The notes beneath the pieces are model-generated. The model was not told where the DNA came from. It did not search any database and saw nothing but the letters and a program-made list of their open reading frames with translations. Source: Myxococcales bacterium (GTDB taxonomy: Bacteria; Myxococcota_A; Polyangia; Polyangiales; DASUME01). From it: a stretch of 64,000 nt of DNA. Made by a program: the position numbers and the translations under genes. This document shows positions 22,724-33,161 of this stretch, piece after piece. The stretch is from assembly GCA_047601445.1 (NCBI GenBank), contig JASGJH010000001.1, positions 5,504,001-5,568,000 on the forward strand. Reading direction: 5' to 3'. Within the stretch, counting starts at the first letter, position 1. Each line of letters starts with the position of its first letter.

Positions 22724-24171
22724 GCGCGCTCGGCGAGCGCTTTGCCGTGCTCGAGCCGCGCCGCGCTCATCTCACGCCCCAGCACGCCCATGATCTCGTA
22801 GAGGCCGGGGGCCGCACCACGCCCAGTGAGCGCCACGCGCGCCGCCTGTGCGAAGTCTTTCATGGCCACGCCGCTCTCGGCCATCCACGCGTTCACGCGC
22901 GCCTCGAGCTCGGCTTCCGTGAAGGGCTCGGCCGTGCGGGCGATCTGCGCCAAAGCGCCCAGCGCAGCGGCCACGGCAGGCACCAGGAACTTCTTCACGC
23001 TGGCCTCTTCCATCACCGGCTCGGCGCGGAAGTAGAAGTCCACGCGCTCGGCCGCATCAGCCAAGGTGCTGGCTCGCAGGCGTACGCTGGCGAAGGCCTT
23101 CTCGAGCCGCGGATCGTCCGCGCTCACCTGAAGGCCACGAGCCTGCACGAAGGGCAGCGCCAGCTCCGCGATGCGCGCCGGCGGGAGCATGCGCAGATGC
23201 TCGCCCTGCACGGCCGTGAGCTTCTTGAGGTCGTACTTGGCGCCGCCCGTACCCACGTGCTCGAAGTCGAACTTCTCGATGAGCTCCGCGCGCGTGAAGA
23301 TCTCCTGGTCGCCGTGGGACCAGCCGAGGCGCACCAGGTAGTTGAGCATGGCGTCCGGCAGATAACCCTGCTGCTCGTACTCCTTGACGCTCACGGCGGC
23401 GTGGCGCTTGGAGAGCTTCTGGCCGTTCTGCGCGAGGATCACCGGGCAGTGCGCGAAGACCGGTGCCTGGGCGCCGAGCGCCTCGAACAACAGCAGCTGC
23501 GGGGCCGTGTTGATGATGTGCTCCTCGCCGCGCACGACGTGGCTGATTTGCATGGTGAGGTCGTCGATGACGCAGGCGAAGTTGTAGAGCGGGATGCCGT
23601 CGCCGCGCACCAGGACGAAGTCCTGGATGTCCTTGTTGGGGATCGCAATCGGACCACGCACCATGTCCTGCCAGCCTGTCTCACCCGACTTGGGAGTCTT
23701 GAAGCGGATGACATGGGGCTTCTGCGGGTCGCCGTCGGTGCGATCGCGCCAGGGGCTCTCGAACGCGAAGCCCTCCGCCTTGCCGCCCGCCTGGACGAAC
23801 GCGGTGCGTGCCACCTCCTTCTCCTCCTGGGTGGCGAAGCAGCGATAGGCGTGGCCCGAGGCGAGCAAACGCTCGGCCGCCTCGCGGTAAGACTCGAGGC
23901 GCTCCGTTTGCCGGTACGGACCAAAGGGTCCCCCGATGTCGGGGCCTTCGTCCCAGCTGAGCCCTGCCCAGCGCATGCCGTCGAAGATGGCCTGCACGGC
24001 CTCGGGCGTGTTGCGCTCCTTGTCGGTGTCCTCGATGCGCAGCACGAACTTGCCGCCGTGTTTGCGCGCATACAACCAGCTGTACAGGGCCGTGCGGACG
24101 CCGCCGATGTGGAGGTATCCGGTGGGCGAGGGCGCAAAACGCGTGCGGACGGGCGGAGTGAGTGAGGTCAT
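22720..24171 (-). CDS. gltX: Glutamate--tRNA ligase
   Basis: 'RTRFAPSPTGYLHIGG', 'RIEDTD', 'RGEEH', 'KLSKRH'; anticodon-binding domain present. Confidence 0.96.
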   Translation of the reverse strand: MTSLTPPVRTRFAPSPTGYLHIGGVRTALYSWLYARKHGGKFVLRIEDTDKERNTPEAVQAIFDGMRWAGLSWDEGPDIGGPFGPYRQTERLESYREAAERLLASGHAYRCFATQEEKEVARTAFVQAGGKAEGFAFESPWRDRTDGDPQKPHVIRFKTPKSGETGWQDMVRGPIAIPNKDIQDFVLVRGDGIPLYNFACVIDDLTMQISHVVRGEEHIINTAPQLLLFEALGAQAPVFAHCPVILAQNGQKLSKRHAAVSVKEYEQQGYLPDAMLNYLVRLGWSHGDQEIFTRAELIEKFDFEHVGTGGAKYDLKKLTAVQGEHLRMLPPARIAELALPFVQARGLQVSADDPRLEKAFASVRLRASTLADAAERVDFYFRAEPVMEEASVKKFLVPAVAAALGALAQIARTAEPFTEAELEARVNAWMAESGVAMKDFAQAARVALTGRGAAPGLYEIMGVLGREMSAARLEHGKALAERA

Positions 24172-24383
24172 GGGTGTGTGCCCGGGTAGCATTCCGCGGC
24201 CTCGTTTCAACCAGCTCCGAGTCCCCGTTTGGGAATGAGCTCCAATGTGCGTCTACGGGCTGCTTAGAAAAAGCGTCTTTTCCCGACAAATTCTCACTTC
24301 TCCAGTGACCGTACGGAGCTAGAGTGCGAGGAATACGCGCTGGTGGGGGACTGGCGCGGCGTGGGGCCTGAGGGGGGCCACGC

Positions 24384-25106
24384 ATGACGAATGTGGAATC
24401 GACTCGCGCGGAGCGGCGCATCGCGACGCGCTATCCGATCCGAGGACAGGCCCGGCTTTTTTGGCCGGGCGGTGACAGTGCACTGGTGGATCTCGCAGAT
24501 ATGTCGGCAAGCGGGTGCTCGATCGTAGCCCGCAGCGTGTTGCCCACGGCCGGCACGCGCGTCTTTCTTTCGCTCGATATCGGTGGTCTCCCCAATGTCC
24601 GCTTGCCCGCCGTCGCGGTGCGTTCCGACTCGAACGCGACCGCACGTGGCACGGGCGGAGCCGTGCGCTTCGTCCTTCCGCACAGCAGCGCCGGGGGCCT
24701 CGATCGCCTGTTGGCGCAGCACAGTCGGATGAGTCGCGCGCCCTTTCGCGTGCTCCTGATCGACAGCCAGGTCCGCACCCGCGAGCGCATCGCGCAGGCT
24801 CTGCAGCTGGCCGGCGCCGAGGTCACGAGCGTCAGCACCGCGAACGACGCCATGCTGCGGCTGCGCTCCGAGAACATCGCCATGGTGCTCGCCCGCGGAG
24901 ATCTCGAGGGGCTGTCGGCCCTGGGCGCCCTCGGCCGGGTCTCGCCCGAGACCTTCCGGGTCGTCTTTGGGCGCGGCAGCGCGCGCGACGAAGCCCTCAG
25001 GCTGAGACTGGCCCAGGCGTCGGCCGACGATCCCTGCTCGGCCAAGTGCCTCGGGGCGCTGCTGCAGGACCGCTTGGCCGCCGCGATCAGCAGCGCGGAC
25101 CGCTGA
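24384..25106 (+). CDS. PilZ domain fused to a degenerate receiver-like domain
   Basis: RxxxR 'RRIATR' and DxSxxG 'DMSASG'; C-terminal 'RVLLID...'. Confidence 0.75.
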   Translation: MTNVESTRAERRIATRYPIRGQARLFWPGGDSALVDLADMSASGCSIVARSVLPTAGTRVFLSLDIGGLPNVRLPAVAVRSDSNATARGTGGAVRFVLPHSSAGGLDRLLAQHSRMSRAPFRVLLIDSQVRTRERIAQALQLAGAEVTSVSTANDAMLRLRSENIAMVLARGDLEGLSALGALGRVSPETFRVVFGRGSARDEALRLRLAQASADDPCSAKCLGALLQDRLAAAISSADR

Positions 25107-25151
25107 GAGCCGGCCACCCGCTTCCACCCCCCCGCTGCTACACTGCGCGCA

Positions 25152-26636
25152 ATGGGGCAATTTTCCGCAGACATCGACCGTGTGGCTCTCACCTCGCGCC
25201 TAAACTCACGCGCCTCGGGGGCCCACGCAGAGCTCACGTTCTTGGGCTCCAAGGCCTTCGGTGAGGGTCTCACCACAGGCCAGAGCGACGCACCCGATGC
25301 GCCCGTCGAAGCGGGCGGGTCCGCCCGCGAGCCCAACATGGTGGCGCGCTATCGCATGCAGAACGGCCTTCGCATCCTGCTGCTGCGCGATCCTTCCGCC
25401 CCCGTGGTGAGCTATCACACCTGGTTCGGCGTGGGTTCGCGCCATGAACGCCCGGGCAAAACGGGCCTGGCGCACCTGTTCGAACACTTGATGTTCAACG
25501 AGACCAAGAACCTGCCCAAGGGCGAGTTCGACCGCACCCTCGAGGCCGCCGGCGGCGAGGTCAACGCGGCCACCTGGATCGACTGGACCTTCTACTACGA
25601 GAACGTCCCGAGCTCCGAGCTCGGGCTGGTGGCGCGACTCGAGGCCGAGCGCATGAACAACCTGGTGCTGCGTGAGCCGCAGGTGGTCTCGGAGAAGGAA
25701 GTGGTGGCCAACGAGCGCCGCTACCGCGTGGATGACGATGTCGAAGGTGCGGTGAACGAGCTGCTCTACAAGACCGCCTTCACCGTGCATCCCTACCACT
25801 GGCCCACGATCGGCTGGATGGAGGACATCCAGGCCTTTACCACCGAGGACTGCGAGAGCTTCTACGGCACCTACTACGCGCCCAACAACGCCATCCTGGT
25901 GATCGCGGGCGACCTCGACGAAGAGGGCGCGCTCTCGTTGATCCAGGAGCACTACGGCAAGTTGCCCGCTGCTCTCTTGCCCAAGCACGAGTTTCAGGCG
26001 GAGCCCGAGCAGACCGTGGAACGCGTGCTTTCGGTGGCCAAGCCCACGCCCACCGAGAAACTGGCGCTCGGCTACAAGAGCCCAGCGCTCGGCACGCAGG
26101 AGCACGCCACGCTCAGCGTGCTCAACGAGATCTTGTTCGGGGGCCGCAGCTCACGTCTGTATCGGACGCTGGTCGTGGAACAGGAGCTCGCCAGCGAGGT
26201 GCGGGGCAGTCTGAGTCCGTCGCAGGATCCGGGGTTGTACGAGATCTGGATCTCGCTGCGTGAAGACAAGGAGGCCAAGAGCGCCCTCGAGCTCGTGGAC
26301 GCGGCGCTGGGCCTTTTGGCGCGCGAAGCGGTGCGAGCGGAGGAGCTGACCAAGGCGAAAAATCGCCTGGAATTGGGCTTTTTGCAGGGCATGGAGACGG
26401 CCAGCGGCAAGGCCGAGCAGCTCGGTTTCTACGAGCTGGTGCTGGGCGACGCGCACCGCGTGTTCAGTCAGCTCGAGGCCTATCGAGCGGTGACGCCGGC
26501 GGACCTGATGGCGGCCGCGGCACACCTGACACCGGCGAAGCGCACCACGATCTTCGTGGAGCCGTCGGGGGAAGAGCCGGAAGGGGATGACGGGGACGAT
26601 GAAGCGGATCTGGAAGCGAACGGGGCAGCAGCGTGA
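25152..26636 (+). CDS. M16 family zinc peptidase, catalytic subunit
   Basis: HXXEH 'HLFEH'; 'NAATWID', 'YYAPNNA'. Confidence 0.93.
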   Translation: MGQFSADIDRVALTSRLNSRASGAHAELTFLGSKAFGEGLTTGQSDAPDAPVEAGGSAREPNMVARYRMQNGLRILLLRDPSAPVVSYHTWFGVGSRHERPGKTGLAHLFEHLMFNETKNLPKGEFDRTLEAAGGEVNAATWIDWTFYYENVPSSELGLVARLEAERMNNLVLREPQVVSEKEVVANERRYRVDDDVEGAVNELLYKTAFTVHPYHWPTIGWMEDIQAFTTEDCESFYGTYYAPNNAILVIAGDLDEEGALSLIQEHYGKLPAALLPKHEFQAEPEQTVERVLSVAKPTPTEKLALGYKSPALGTQEHATLSVLNEILFGGRSSRLYRTLVVEQELASEVRGSLSPSQDPGLYEIWISLREDKEAKSALELVDAALGLLAREAVRAEELTKAKNRLELGFLQGMETASGKAEQLGFYELVLGDAHRVFSQLEAYRAVTPADLMAAAAHLTPAKRTTIFVEPSGEEPEGDDGDDEADLEANGAAA

Positions 26637-27916
26637 GTGACAAACTGCTTGTGGAGGAGAGCCACGCGCTCCCGCTCGTGCACTTTCAGGTCGTGTTGCC
26701 CACCGGGAGCCTCGCCGATCAGCCCGGACACGAAGGGCTCACGCGCCTCGCCGCGCGCCTGATGCGGCGCGGAACCCGGCAGCAAACCACGCAGCAAATC
26801 GAGGAGCGTATCGACTCGCTGGGGGCCGAGCTCGGCATCGAGACCGCACCGGGCTTCGTGCGCTTCAGCGGTTCCACCATCAAGCGCAGCCTGGAGCCGT
26901 TGCTCGCGCTATTGGGAGAGATCCTGGCCGAGCCTAGCTTCCCGGAGCGCGAGCTGGCGCAGCTCAAGCGCGAGTCGGTGGCGGCCCTGGTGGAGCTCAC
27001 GGACAGCGACCAAAGCCTGGTCAGTACGCACTTTCGGCGCGCGCTCTACCGCGGTCATCCCTACGGGCGCACCAGCCTGGGCACGCGCAGCACGCTCGAG
27101 GCGATCACGCTCGACCAGGTGACCGCGCGCTATCGGGACGGGCTCGCCAAGAGCGCACGCACGGTGGGTTTCGCAGGCGACATCAAGCCCAGCGAGGCCC
27201 AGCGCTTGGTGGAGAAGTACCTTGCCAGCCCGGCTGGCGCCGTGAGCGCGCGGACGCGTCCGCCGGAGCCGAGCATGCCCAAGGGGCGCCACCTGCGCAT
27301 CGTGGACAAGCCCGAACGCACGCAGACGCAGATTCAGATCGGGCGCCTGGGCACGCACCCGCATGATCCGGACCACGTGGCGCTGGTGGTGGGCAACGCG
27401 GTCTTCGGCGGCGCCTTCACGGCGCGCTTGATGCGCGCGGTGCGCTCCGAGCGCGGCTGGTCCTACGGAGCCTCGAGCCGACTGGCCATCGACCGCGTGC
27501 GCGAGGCCTGGAACATGTGGACCTTCCCGGCGGCGAGCGACGCCGCGCCCTGCATCGCCCTGCAGCTCGAGCTCATGCAGAGCTGGGTCGAGGGTGGCAT
27601 CACCGACGAAGAGCTCGCGTTCGCCAAGAGCTTCTTGATCAAGAGCCACGCCTTCGCGGTGGACACGGCGGACAAGCGCCTCGAACAGGCCGTGGAGGTT
27701 TGGCTCTACGATCTGCCGAGCGACTACTTCAGCGACTACACGAAGCACGTGGAGGCCGTGACCACGGACCAGGTCAATCAAGCCCTGCGCGCGCGTCTCT
27801 CGGTCGACGACCTGGTGCTTTCCGTGGTCGCCACGGAGGGCGAGATCGGCACCGCGCTCAAGGCCTTACCGGGCCTCACGAGCAGCGAGGTCGTCGCCTT
27901 CGACGCGGATACCTAA
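26633..27916 (+). CDS. M16 family peptidase, non-catalytic subunit
   Basis: M16 motifs ('HPYG', 'RLMRAVRSERGWSYG') without HXXEH; GTGA overlap with its partner. Confidence 0.88.
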   Translation: MSDKLLVEESHALPLVHFQVVLPTGSLADQPGHEGLTRLAARLMRRGTRQQTTQQIEERIDSLGAELGIETAPGFVRFSGSTIKRSLEPLLALLGEILAEPSFPERELAQLKRESVAALVELTDSDQSLVSTHFRRALYRGHPYGRTSLGTRSTLEAITLDQVTARYRDGLAKSARTVGFAGDIKPSEAQRLVEKYLASPAGAVSARTRPPEPSMPKGRHLRIVDKPERTQTQIQIGRLGTHPHDPDHVALVVGNAVFGGAFTARLMRAVRSERGWSYGASSRLAIDRVREAWNMWTFPAASDAAPCIALQLELMQSWVEGGITDEELAFAKSFLIKSHAFAVDTADKRLEQAVEVWLYDLPSDYFSDYTKHVEAVTTDQVNQALRARLSVDDLVLSVVATEGEIGTALKALPGLTSSEVVAFDADT

Positions 27917-28869
27917 AAGAGCACGATGTCGTCGCAGGCGAGGGCGAAGGTATCGAGTGCCTCCTCCAGCGCCACGTCGAGCTTGCCCGTGCAGATATTG
28001 CTGAACACCGCGTTCTTGCCGGTGTCCTTCACGAACTCCTTCAAGCGCGTGGCCTCGCTGGCGTCACCGAGCTCCGACTTGCAGTCCATCTGACCTGCGA
28101 TCACGGCGGTGGCCCAGCGGCTGCGGTTTCCCTTGATGCCATCGAAGGTCTTGATGAAGTCGGCGACCGGTACCTCGTTGCCGAACGAGAGCCCAGGGAT
28201 GATGGTGGAGCCCGGCGGCACGGTCCCGTCGTCTTCGTCGGTGAGGATCACGATGGCGAGCAGCGCATCCTCGCGCAAGAAGTCCTTGTTGGTGTCCTTG
28301 AGCCGCGTGGTCAGGGCCGACTGGGCGGCGCCGAGCGGTTGCTCTTGGCCCGAACCGTTGGTGCCCACGGTGGCGATCTTGGTGAAGGTGGCCGTGAGGT
28401 CGGCATCGCCCGCGGAGAGCCAGGCGTGCTGCATCTCCTGGGACTTGATGAACATGCCGTCTTGGACGTTGTCGAGCTTCATGCCGAAGAACTCTTCCGG
28501 GAACGACGTGGTGGTCACCGCGACGCGATAGTCGAGCAGGCCGCCTTTGTAGTCCTCGAGGACCTCGATCATCTTGGGGAAGCTCTGGGCCAGGAGCTTT
28601 TGCTCCTCTTCCATGGAGCCCGAGTTATCCACCACGAACACGATGTCCATCTTGCTGCAGCCGTTGCCGGTCTCGCCGCCGCCACCGCCGTCACCGTCGC
28701 CATCACCGTCGCCGTCACCGTCACCATCGCCGTCGCCGTCGCCGTCACCGGCGTCGGCTCCACTGGTGTTGGGAGTCACGAGTGGATCGGGATCTGCGCA
28801 AGAGGACACGCCCAAGCCGAGCAAGAGACCAGAAGAGAGAAGCGATAAGCAAAAGCGTCGGGATGTCAC
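27913..28869 (-). CDS. vWA-domain lipoprotein with Gly-Asp repeat linker
   Basis: Lipobox 'VSSC'; MIDAS 'DNSGS'; 'LTDEDD'. Confidence 0.82.
   Translation of the reverse strand: MTSRRFCLSLLSSGLLLGLGVSSCADPDPLVTPNTSGADAGDGDGDGDGDGDGDGDGDGDGGGGGETGNGCSKMDIVFVVDNSGSMEEEQKLLAQSFPKMIEVLEDYKGGLLDYRVAVTTTSFPEEFFGMKLDNVQDGMFIKSQEMQHAWLSAGDADLTATFTKIATVGTNGSGQEQPLGAAQSALTTRLKDTNKDFLREDALLAIVILTDEDDGTVPPGSTIIPGLSFGNEVPVADFIKTFDGIKGNRSRWATAVIAGQMDCKSELGDASEATRLKEFVKDTGKNAVFSNICTGKLDVALEEALDTFALACDDIVLF
28688..28750. repeat. Degenerate 6-bp tandem repeat encoding (Gly-Asp)n
   Basis: (ccgtca/ccgtcg/ccatca)n within the lipoprotein gene. Confidence 0.85.
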
Positions 28870-29141
28870 GACTCACCTCACACGTAAGACCTGCACTCTA
28901 TCCCGCATGCCGAGGGATGGGTATGCCTCCCGTGGCCAACCGCTTTGACTGTTGTGGAAAACACCCCACCCCGACGGAATTCATTTTGGTTTTGCGAGGT
29001 CGCTCTCAAGCCGGACCGATTCCGCCTCTTCCTGGTACTGTGCGAAAGACAGGGAACTTTCTAGTCTCGCTCGATTTGGATGCAGCGTAGGGTGCTGCCA
29101 CGCGCTTCGATGACGGGATTTGGGACCAGGTGGGGTGACTC

Positions 29142-30395
29142 ATGGGTAGGAACGAGCGGAAGAGCGGTGTGGCGGCGGCGAGCTTGGGCGGACTCTCGCT
29201 GGCGCTCCTGGGCCTGGGTCTCCTGGGCTGCGGAGGAAGCGAAGGCTCCAAGGGCAAACCCCTACCCTGCCTCCGCGGCGATCTCGAGGGTTGCTACGAG
29301 AAGTGCGACACCACCGCCGACTGCGGCTCGGGCCTTACCTGCCAGCAAGACGGACTGAAGCGCCAGTGCTTGGCCTACTGCACGGCCGAAAGCGCCAGCA
29401 CCGACTGTGGTCCCAACAGCAGCTGCAGCGCGCTCGGACAATGCGAGAAGGGGAGTCTCGACGGCGGCAGCTCAGACGGCGACGGTGGCAAGCCCGGCGG
29501 GGGCGGCTGCGGCAAGGTCGACGTGGCGGCCCACCCGCAGACTCCTAACGTGATCCTGATCGTGGACCAGTCGAGCAGCATGGCCGAGGACCTCGGGGGC
29601 GTGAGCCGCTGGCAAGCACTCAAGAACGTGCTGCTCGCCAACGACGGCTTGATCGCCGACCTGCAGTCCAAGGTGCGCTTCGGGCTCTTCCTGTACTCGA
29701 GCAAGAACCACGAGATCGCCTGTCCCGCGCTGACCTCGGTCAGCGCGAAGCTCGACAACCTCGCGGCCATTCGCGACGTGTACCTGCCGGCCGACATGAT
29801 CGAGGACACCCCCACCGGCGATGCGGTCACCGCCATCACGGACATGGTGACCAATCAGTTCGTGGATATGGGCGTGTCCGACGAGACCATCTTCATTCTC
29901 GCCACCGACGGCGAGCCCGACACCTGCGCCCAGCCCGACCCGCAGAACGGGCAGCAGCAGGCGATCGCCGCGGTGAAGCGCGCCTTCGACATGGACATCA
30001 AGACCTACGTGATCGCGGTCTCGAAGGACAACCAGGAGGGCATCTCGAGCGGGCACGCCCAGGCCCTGGCGAGTGCCGGCGTGGGCGGAGCTTCGAGCGC
30101 CAAATTCTACCGCGTGAGCAACGTGACGGAGCTCGAGAGTTCGCTGCGCGAAATCGTGGAGGGCCAGCTCGACTGCGTGCAGAAGCTCAACGGCACCTTC
30201 CCCGACGAAGTGAAGACGGCCTGCGACGCCGACGGCACGGTGTCGGTGAGCGGGAAGGCCCTGATGTGCGACGCTGACTGGGTGATCGTCAATCCTTCCA
30301 CCATCGAGATCAAGGGCGAGGCTTGCGATCGCGTCAAGGCGGACAACGCGTCGATCTCCGCGCAGTTCGCTTGCGGCGTCATCGACCTGTTCTGA
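29142..30395 (+). CDS. Cys-rich vWA-domain lipoprotein (CglB-like architecture)
   Basis: Lipobox 'LLGC'; Cys-rich segment; MIDAS 'DQSSS', 'TPT', 'ATDGEP'; C-terminal 'GEAC...FAC'. Confidence 0.8.
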   Translation: MGRNERKSGVAAASLGGLSLALLGLGLLGCGGSEGSKGKPLPCLRGDLEGCYEKCDTTADCGSGLTCQQDGLKRQCLAYCTAESASTDCGPNSSCSALGQCEKGSLDGGSSDGDGGKPGGGGCGKVDVAAHPQTPNVILIVDQSSSMAEDLGGVSRWQALKNVLLANDGLIADLQSKVRFGLFLYSSKNHEIACPALTSVSAKLDNLAAIRDVYLPADMIEDTPTGDAVTAITDMVTNQFVDMGVSDETIFILATDGEPDTCAQPDPQNGQQQAIAAVKRAFDMDIKTYVIAVSKDNQEGISSGHAQALASAGVGGASSAKFYRVSNVTELESSLREIVEGQLDCVQKLNGTFPDEVKTACDADGTVSVSGKALMCDADWVIVNPSTIEIKGEACDRVKADNASISAQFACGVIDLF

Positions 30396-30535
30396 CGGTC
30401 ACTGCCTTGGGCAACCGCGTGCTGTGCTGGGGCTCGTGCTCAACAGCCCACGCGTCGCAGGCGGAGCCGTCGTGCACGCGCACGAGCACGAGCTCGCAAA
30501 AGGCGCTTGGTCGGCGGCCCTGCTAGAACCGGTCC

Positions 30536-32083
30536 GTGGGGATCAACGTCGCCCAGTTCGTACGTCAGTGGTCGTTGCGCGATGGCGCGCGCACGGCGCT
30601 GGTATTGCCCGCGCGAGACGCGAGTCAGCCCGCGCAGGTGATGAGCTATGCGGAGCTCGATCAGCGGGCCTCCCAGGTGGCCGCGAGTCTGCGCCAGGCC
30701 GGCTTCGAGGTCGGCGCGCGCCTCGCGCTGTGCCTGCCCAACGGAGCCGCGTTTTTGGACGCCTTCCTGGGAGGTCTGTACGCGGGTTGCACCTTGATTC
30801 CGGTGCCACCGATGTCGGCCCCACCGGAGCTCGCGCATCGCCTACAGCACGGGCGTTGCAGCGGGCTCATCACGGACGCACGCACGCGCGCCCTCGGTGA
30901 GCAGGCCTTGCAGCTCGCCCCCGGAGCACGCTCGCTCGACAGTGCGGAGCTGCTTCAAGGTCGGGCGGACGAGCAGGCTGGGCCCGTGGATTTGCCCGCG
31001 GGTGCTAACGCGATGCTCCTTTACACCTCGGGCACCACCGGCGTGGCGAAGGGCGCGATGATCACCCACGCCTCGCTGGCCACCCACACGGCGGCCCTGG
31101 TGCACCACGTGCTGCGCTTCGACCAACGCGATTGCGTGCTCGCGGTGTTACCGCTGACCCACAGCTACGGCATTCGCATGACGCTGCTCGCACCCTTCTA
31201 CGCGGGCGCGCGCAGCCTTTTGGTGGAGCGCTTCGAGAGTTCCCTGGTGAACCAGCTGCTCGGCAGCGAGCCGATCACTTGGTTCCCGGGTGTACCCACC
31301 ATGTTCCATGCACTGGTGCACCATGCGGCGGACGCTCGCGCCGCCCAGGCACCGGCCCTTCGCTGGTGCCTCAGCGCGGGCGCACCCCTGGCGCCCGAGA
31401 TTCGGCGCCGCTTCGAGACCAGCTACGGCGTGCCATTGCGCCAGGGCTTCGGACTCACCGAGGCGACGTTCAGCTCCGTCGCGGACCCGGCCGACACGGC
31501 CGGCGCAGACAGCGTGGGCAAGCCCGTGTTCGGCGTGGAAGTCCGCATCGGCGACGAGCAGGGCGCGCCGCTGCCGCACGGGACCCGCGGCGAGATCATG
31601 GTGCGTGGACAGAACGTGATGGCGGGCTACTTCGACGATCCCCAGGCGTCCGAGGCTGCGCTCTCGGGCGGCTGGCTGCGGACCGGGGACGTGGGCGTAC
31701 TCGACGCCGAAGGCCGCCTGAGCGTGGTCGATCGCATCAAGGACATGATCGTACGCGGCGGCTTCAACGTGTACCCGGCCGAAGTGGAGGCGGTCCTTTT
31801 GAGTCATCCCGACGTGCGCCAGGTGGTCGTGGTGGGCATCGCGGACGAGCACTACGGAGAAGAGGTGGTGGCCGCGGTGGTGCCGCAACCCGGGGGCAGC
31901 ATGAGCGCGAGTGCGCTCGCGAGCTTCTGCAGGCTGCACTTGTCGACCACGAAATTGCCCCGCTTGTGGACGCAGCTCGACGCCATCCCGGAGGGACCCT
32001 CGGGCAAGTTGTTGCGGCGCGCAGTGAAGCAGATGGTGCAGTCGGGTGCGCTCACGCTGGAGCGTCCCCAGATGGGGCGTTGA
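30536..32083 (+). CDS. AMP-dependent acyl-CoA synthetase (long-chain fatty acid-CoA ligase-like)
   Basis: 'YTSGTTGVAKG', 'GFGLTE', 'WLRTGD', 'DRIKDMIVRGG', 'SGKLLR'. Confidence 0.92.
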   Translation: MGINVAQFVRQWSLRDGARTALVLPARDASQPAQVMSYAELDQRASQVAASLRQAGFEVGARLALCLPNGAAFLDAFLGGLYAGCTLIPVPPMSAPPELAHRLQHGRCSGLITDARTRALGEQALQLAPGARSLDSAELLQGRADEQAGPVDLPAGANAMLLYTSGTTGVAKGAMITHASLATHTAALVHHVLRFDQRDCVLAVLPLTHSYGIRMTLLAPFYAGARSLLVERFESSLVNQLLGSEPITWFPGVPTMFHALVHHAADARAAQAPALRWCLSAGAPLAPEIRRRFETSYGVPLRQGFGLTEATFSSVADPADTAGADSVGKPVFGVEVRIGDEQGAPLPHGTRGEIMVRGQNVMAGYFDDPQASEAALSGGWLRTGDVGVLDAEGRLSVVDRIKDMIVRGGFNVYPAEVEAVLLSHPDVRQVVVVGIADEHYGEEVVAAVVPQPGGSMSASALASFCRLHLSTTKLPRLWTQLDAIPEGPSGKLLRRAVKQMVQSGALTLERPQMGR

Positions 32084-32132
32084 ATCGCTCGGGCCCCGGG
32101 GCCGGATGCGGCGGCGTGCTAGCATCCGCGAC

Positions 32133-33068
32133 ATGAAGATCCTGGTAACTGGCGGCGCTGGTTTCATTGGCAGCCATGTGGCGGACGCCGCACTCGCGGC
32201 GGGTCACGAAGTCCTCGTGGTGGACGATCTCAGCACGGGTCGCCGCGAGAACTTGCCGAAGCAAGCTCGCTTCGTGGAGCTCGACATCCGCAAGGGCGAG
32301 CAGCTCGCCGACGTGGTGGCCGATTTCAAGCCCCACATGGTCAGCCACCAGGCCGCGCAGACCAGCGTGTCCATCAGCACGCGCGAGCCCATTCGAGACG
32401 CCGAGATCAACGTGCTCGGTACCATCAACCTGTTGAACGCGTGCGTTGCGCAGGGCGTGGAGCGTGTGGTCTTCGCGAGCACCGGAGGCGCGATTTACGG
32501 CGAGGTCCCCGAGGGCGAGCGACGCAAGGAAACGGACCGCCCGATCCCGCTCAGCCCGTACGCATGCTCCAAGTATGCGGTCGAGGCCTACCTGGGTTTC
32601 TATCGCCAAGAGTACGGGCTCAAGAGCACGGTCCTGCGCTACGCAAACGTGTACGGCCCCCGACAGGACCCACATGGTGAGGCCGGGGTCGTCGCCATCT
32701 TCGCGCAGCGACTGATCGCCAAGCAGCCCATTCAAATCAATGCACGACGCAAGGAAGGTGACGACGGCTGCGTGCGCGATTACGTGTTCGTGGAGGATGT
32801 GGTGCGCGCCAACCTGGGCGCCATCGACGGTACCATCGCTGATCCCATCGTAAACGTGTGCACCGGCGAGGCGACCACCACACGCGCCCTGGCGCTGGAG
32901 CTCCAGCGCCTCCTCGGGACCCAAGTGGAGCTACGCGCGGGGGCGCGGCGTGCGGGAGACGTGGAGCGCTCAGTGCTGGACCCCACGCGGTTCCTCGCCA
33001 CCGTGGGGCGCGTTGCCACACTGGACGAGGGATTGAAAAAAACAGCAGCGTGGTTCGCCGCGCGCTGA
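32133..33068 (+). CDS. NAD-dependent epimerase/dehydratase (UDP-glucose 4-epimerase-like)
   Basis: 'TGGAGFIGSH'; YxxxK 'YACSK'; 'RYANVYGPRQDPHGEAGVV'. Confidence 0.93.
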   Translation: MKILVTGGAGFIGSHVADAALAAGHEVLVVDDLSTGRRENLPKQARFVELDIRKGEQLADVVADFKPHMVSHQAAQTSVSISTREPIRDAEINVLGTINLLNACVAQGVERVVFASTGGAIYGEVPEGERRKETDRPIPLSPYACSKYAVEAYLGFYRQEYGLKSTVLRYANVYGPRQDPHGEAGVVAIFAQRLIAKQPIQINARRKEGDDGCVRDYVFVEDVVRANLGAIDGTIADPIVNVCTGEATTTRALALELQRLLGTQVELRAGARRAGDVERSVLDPTRFLATVGRVATLDEGLKKTAAWFAAR

Positions 33069-33161
33069 GCAGATCCCCCGACGACGCTGGGGTTCACGCC
33101 CACGTTTCGGCGCTTCGACTGGACAATTGCGAGTCGCTGCGGCGATGCTATTCGCCTAAGC

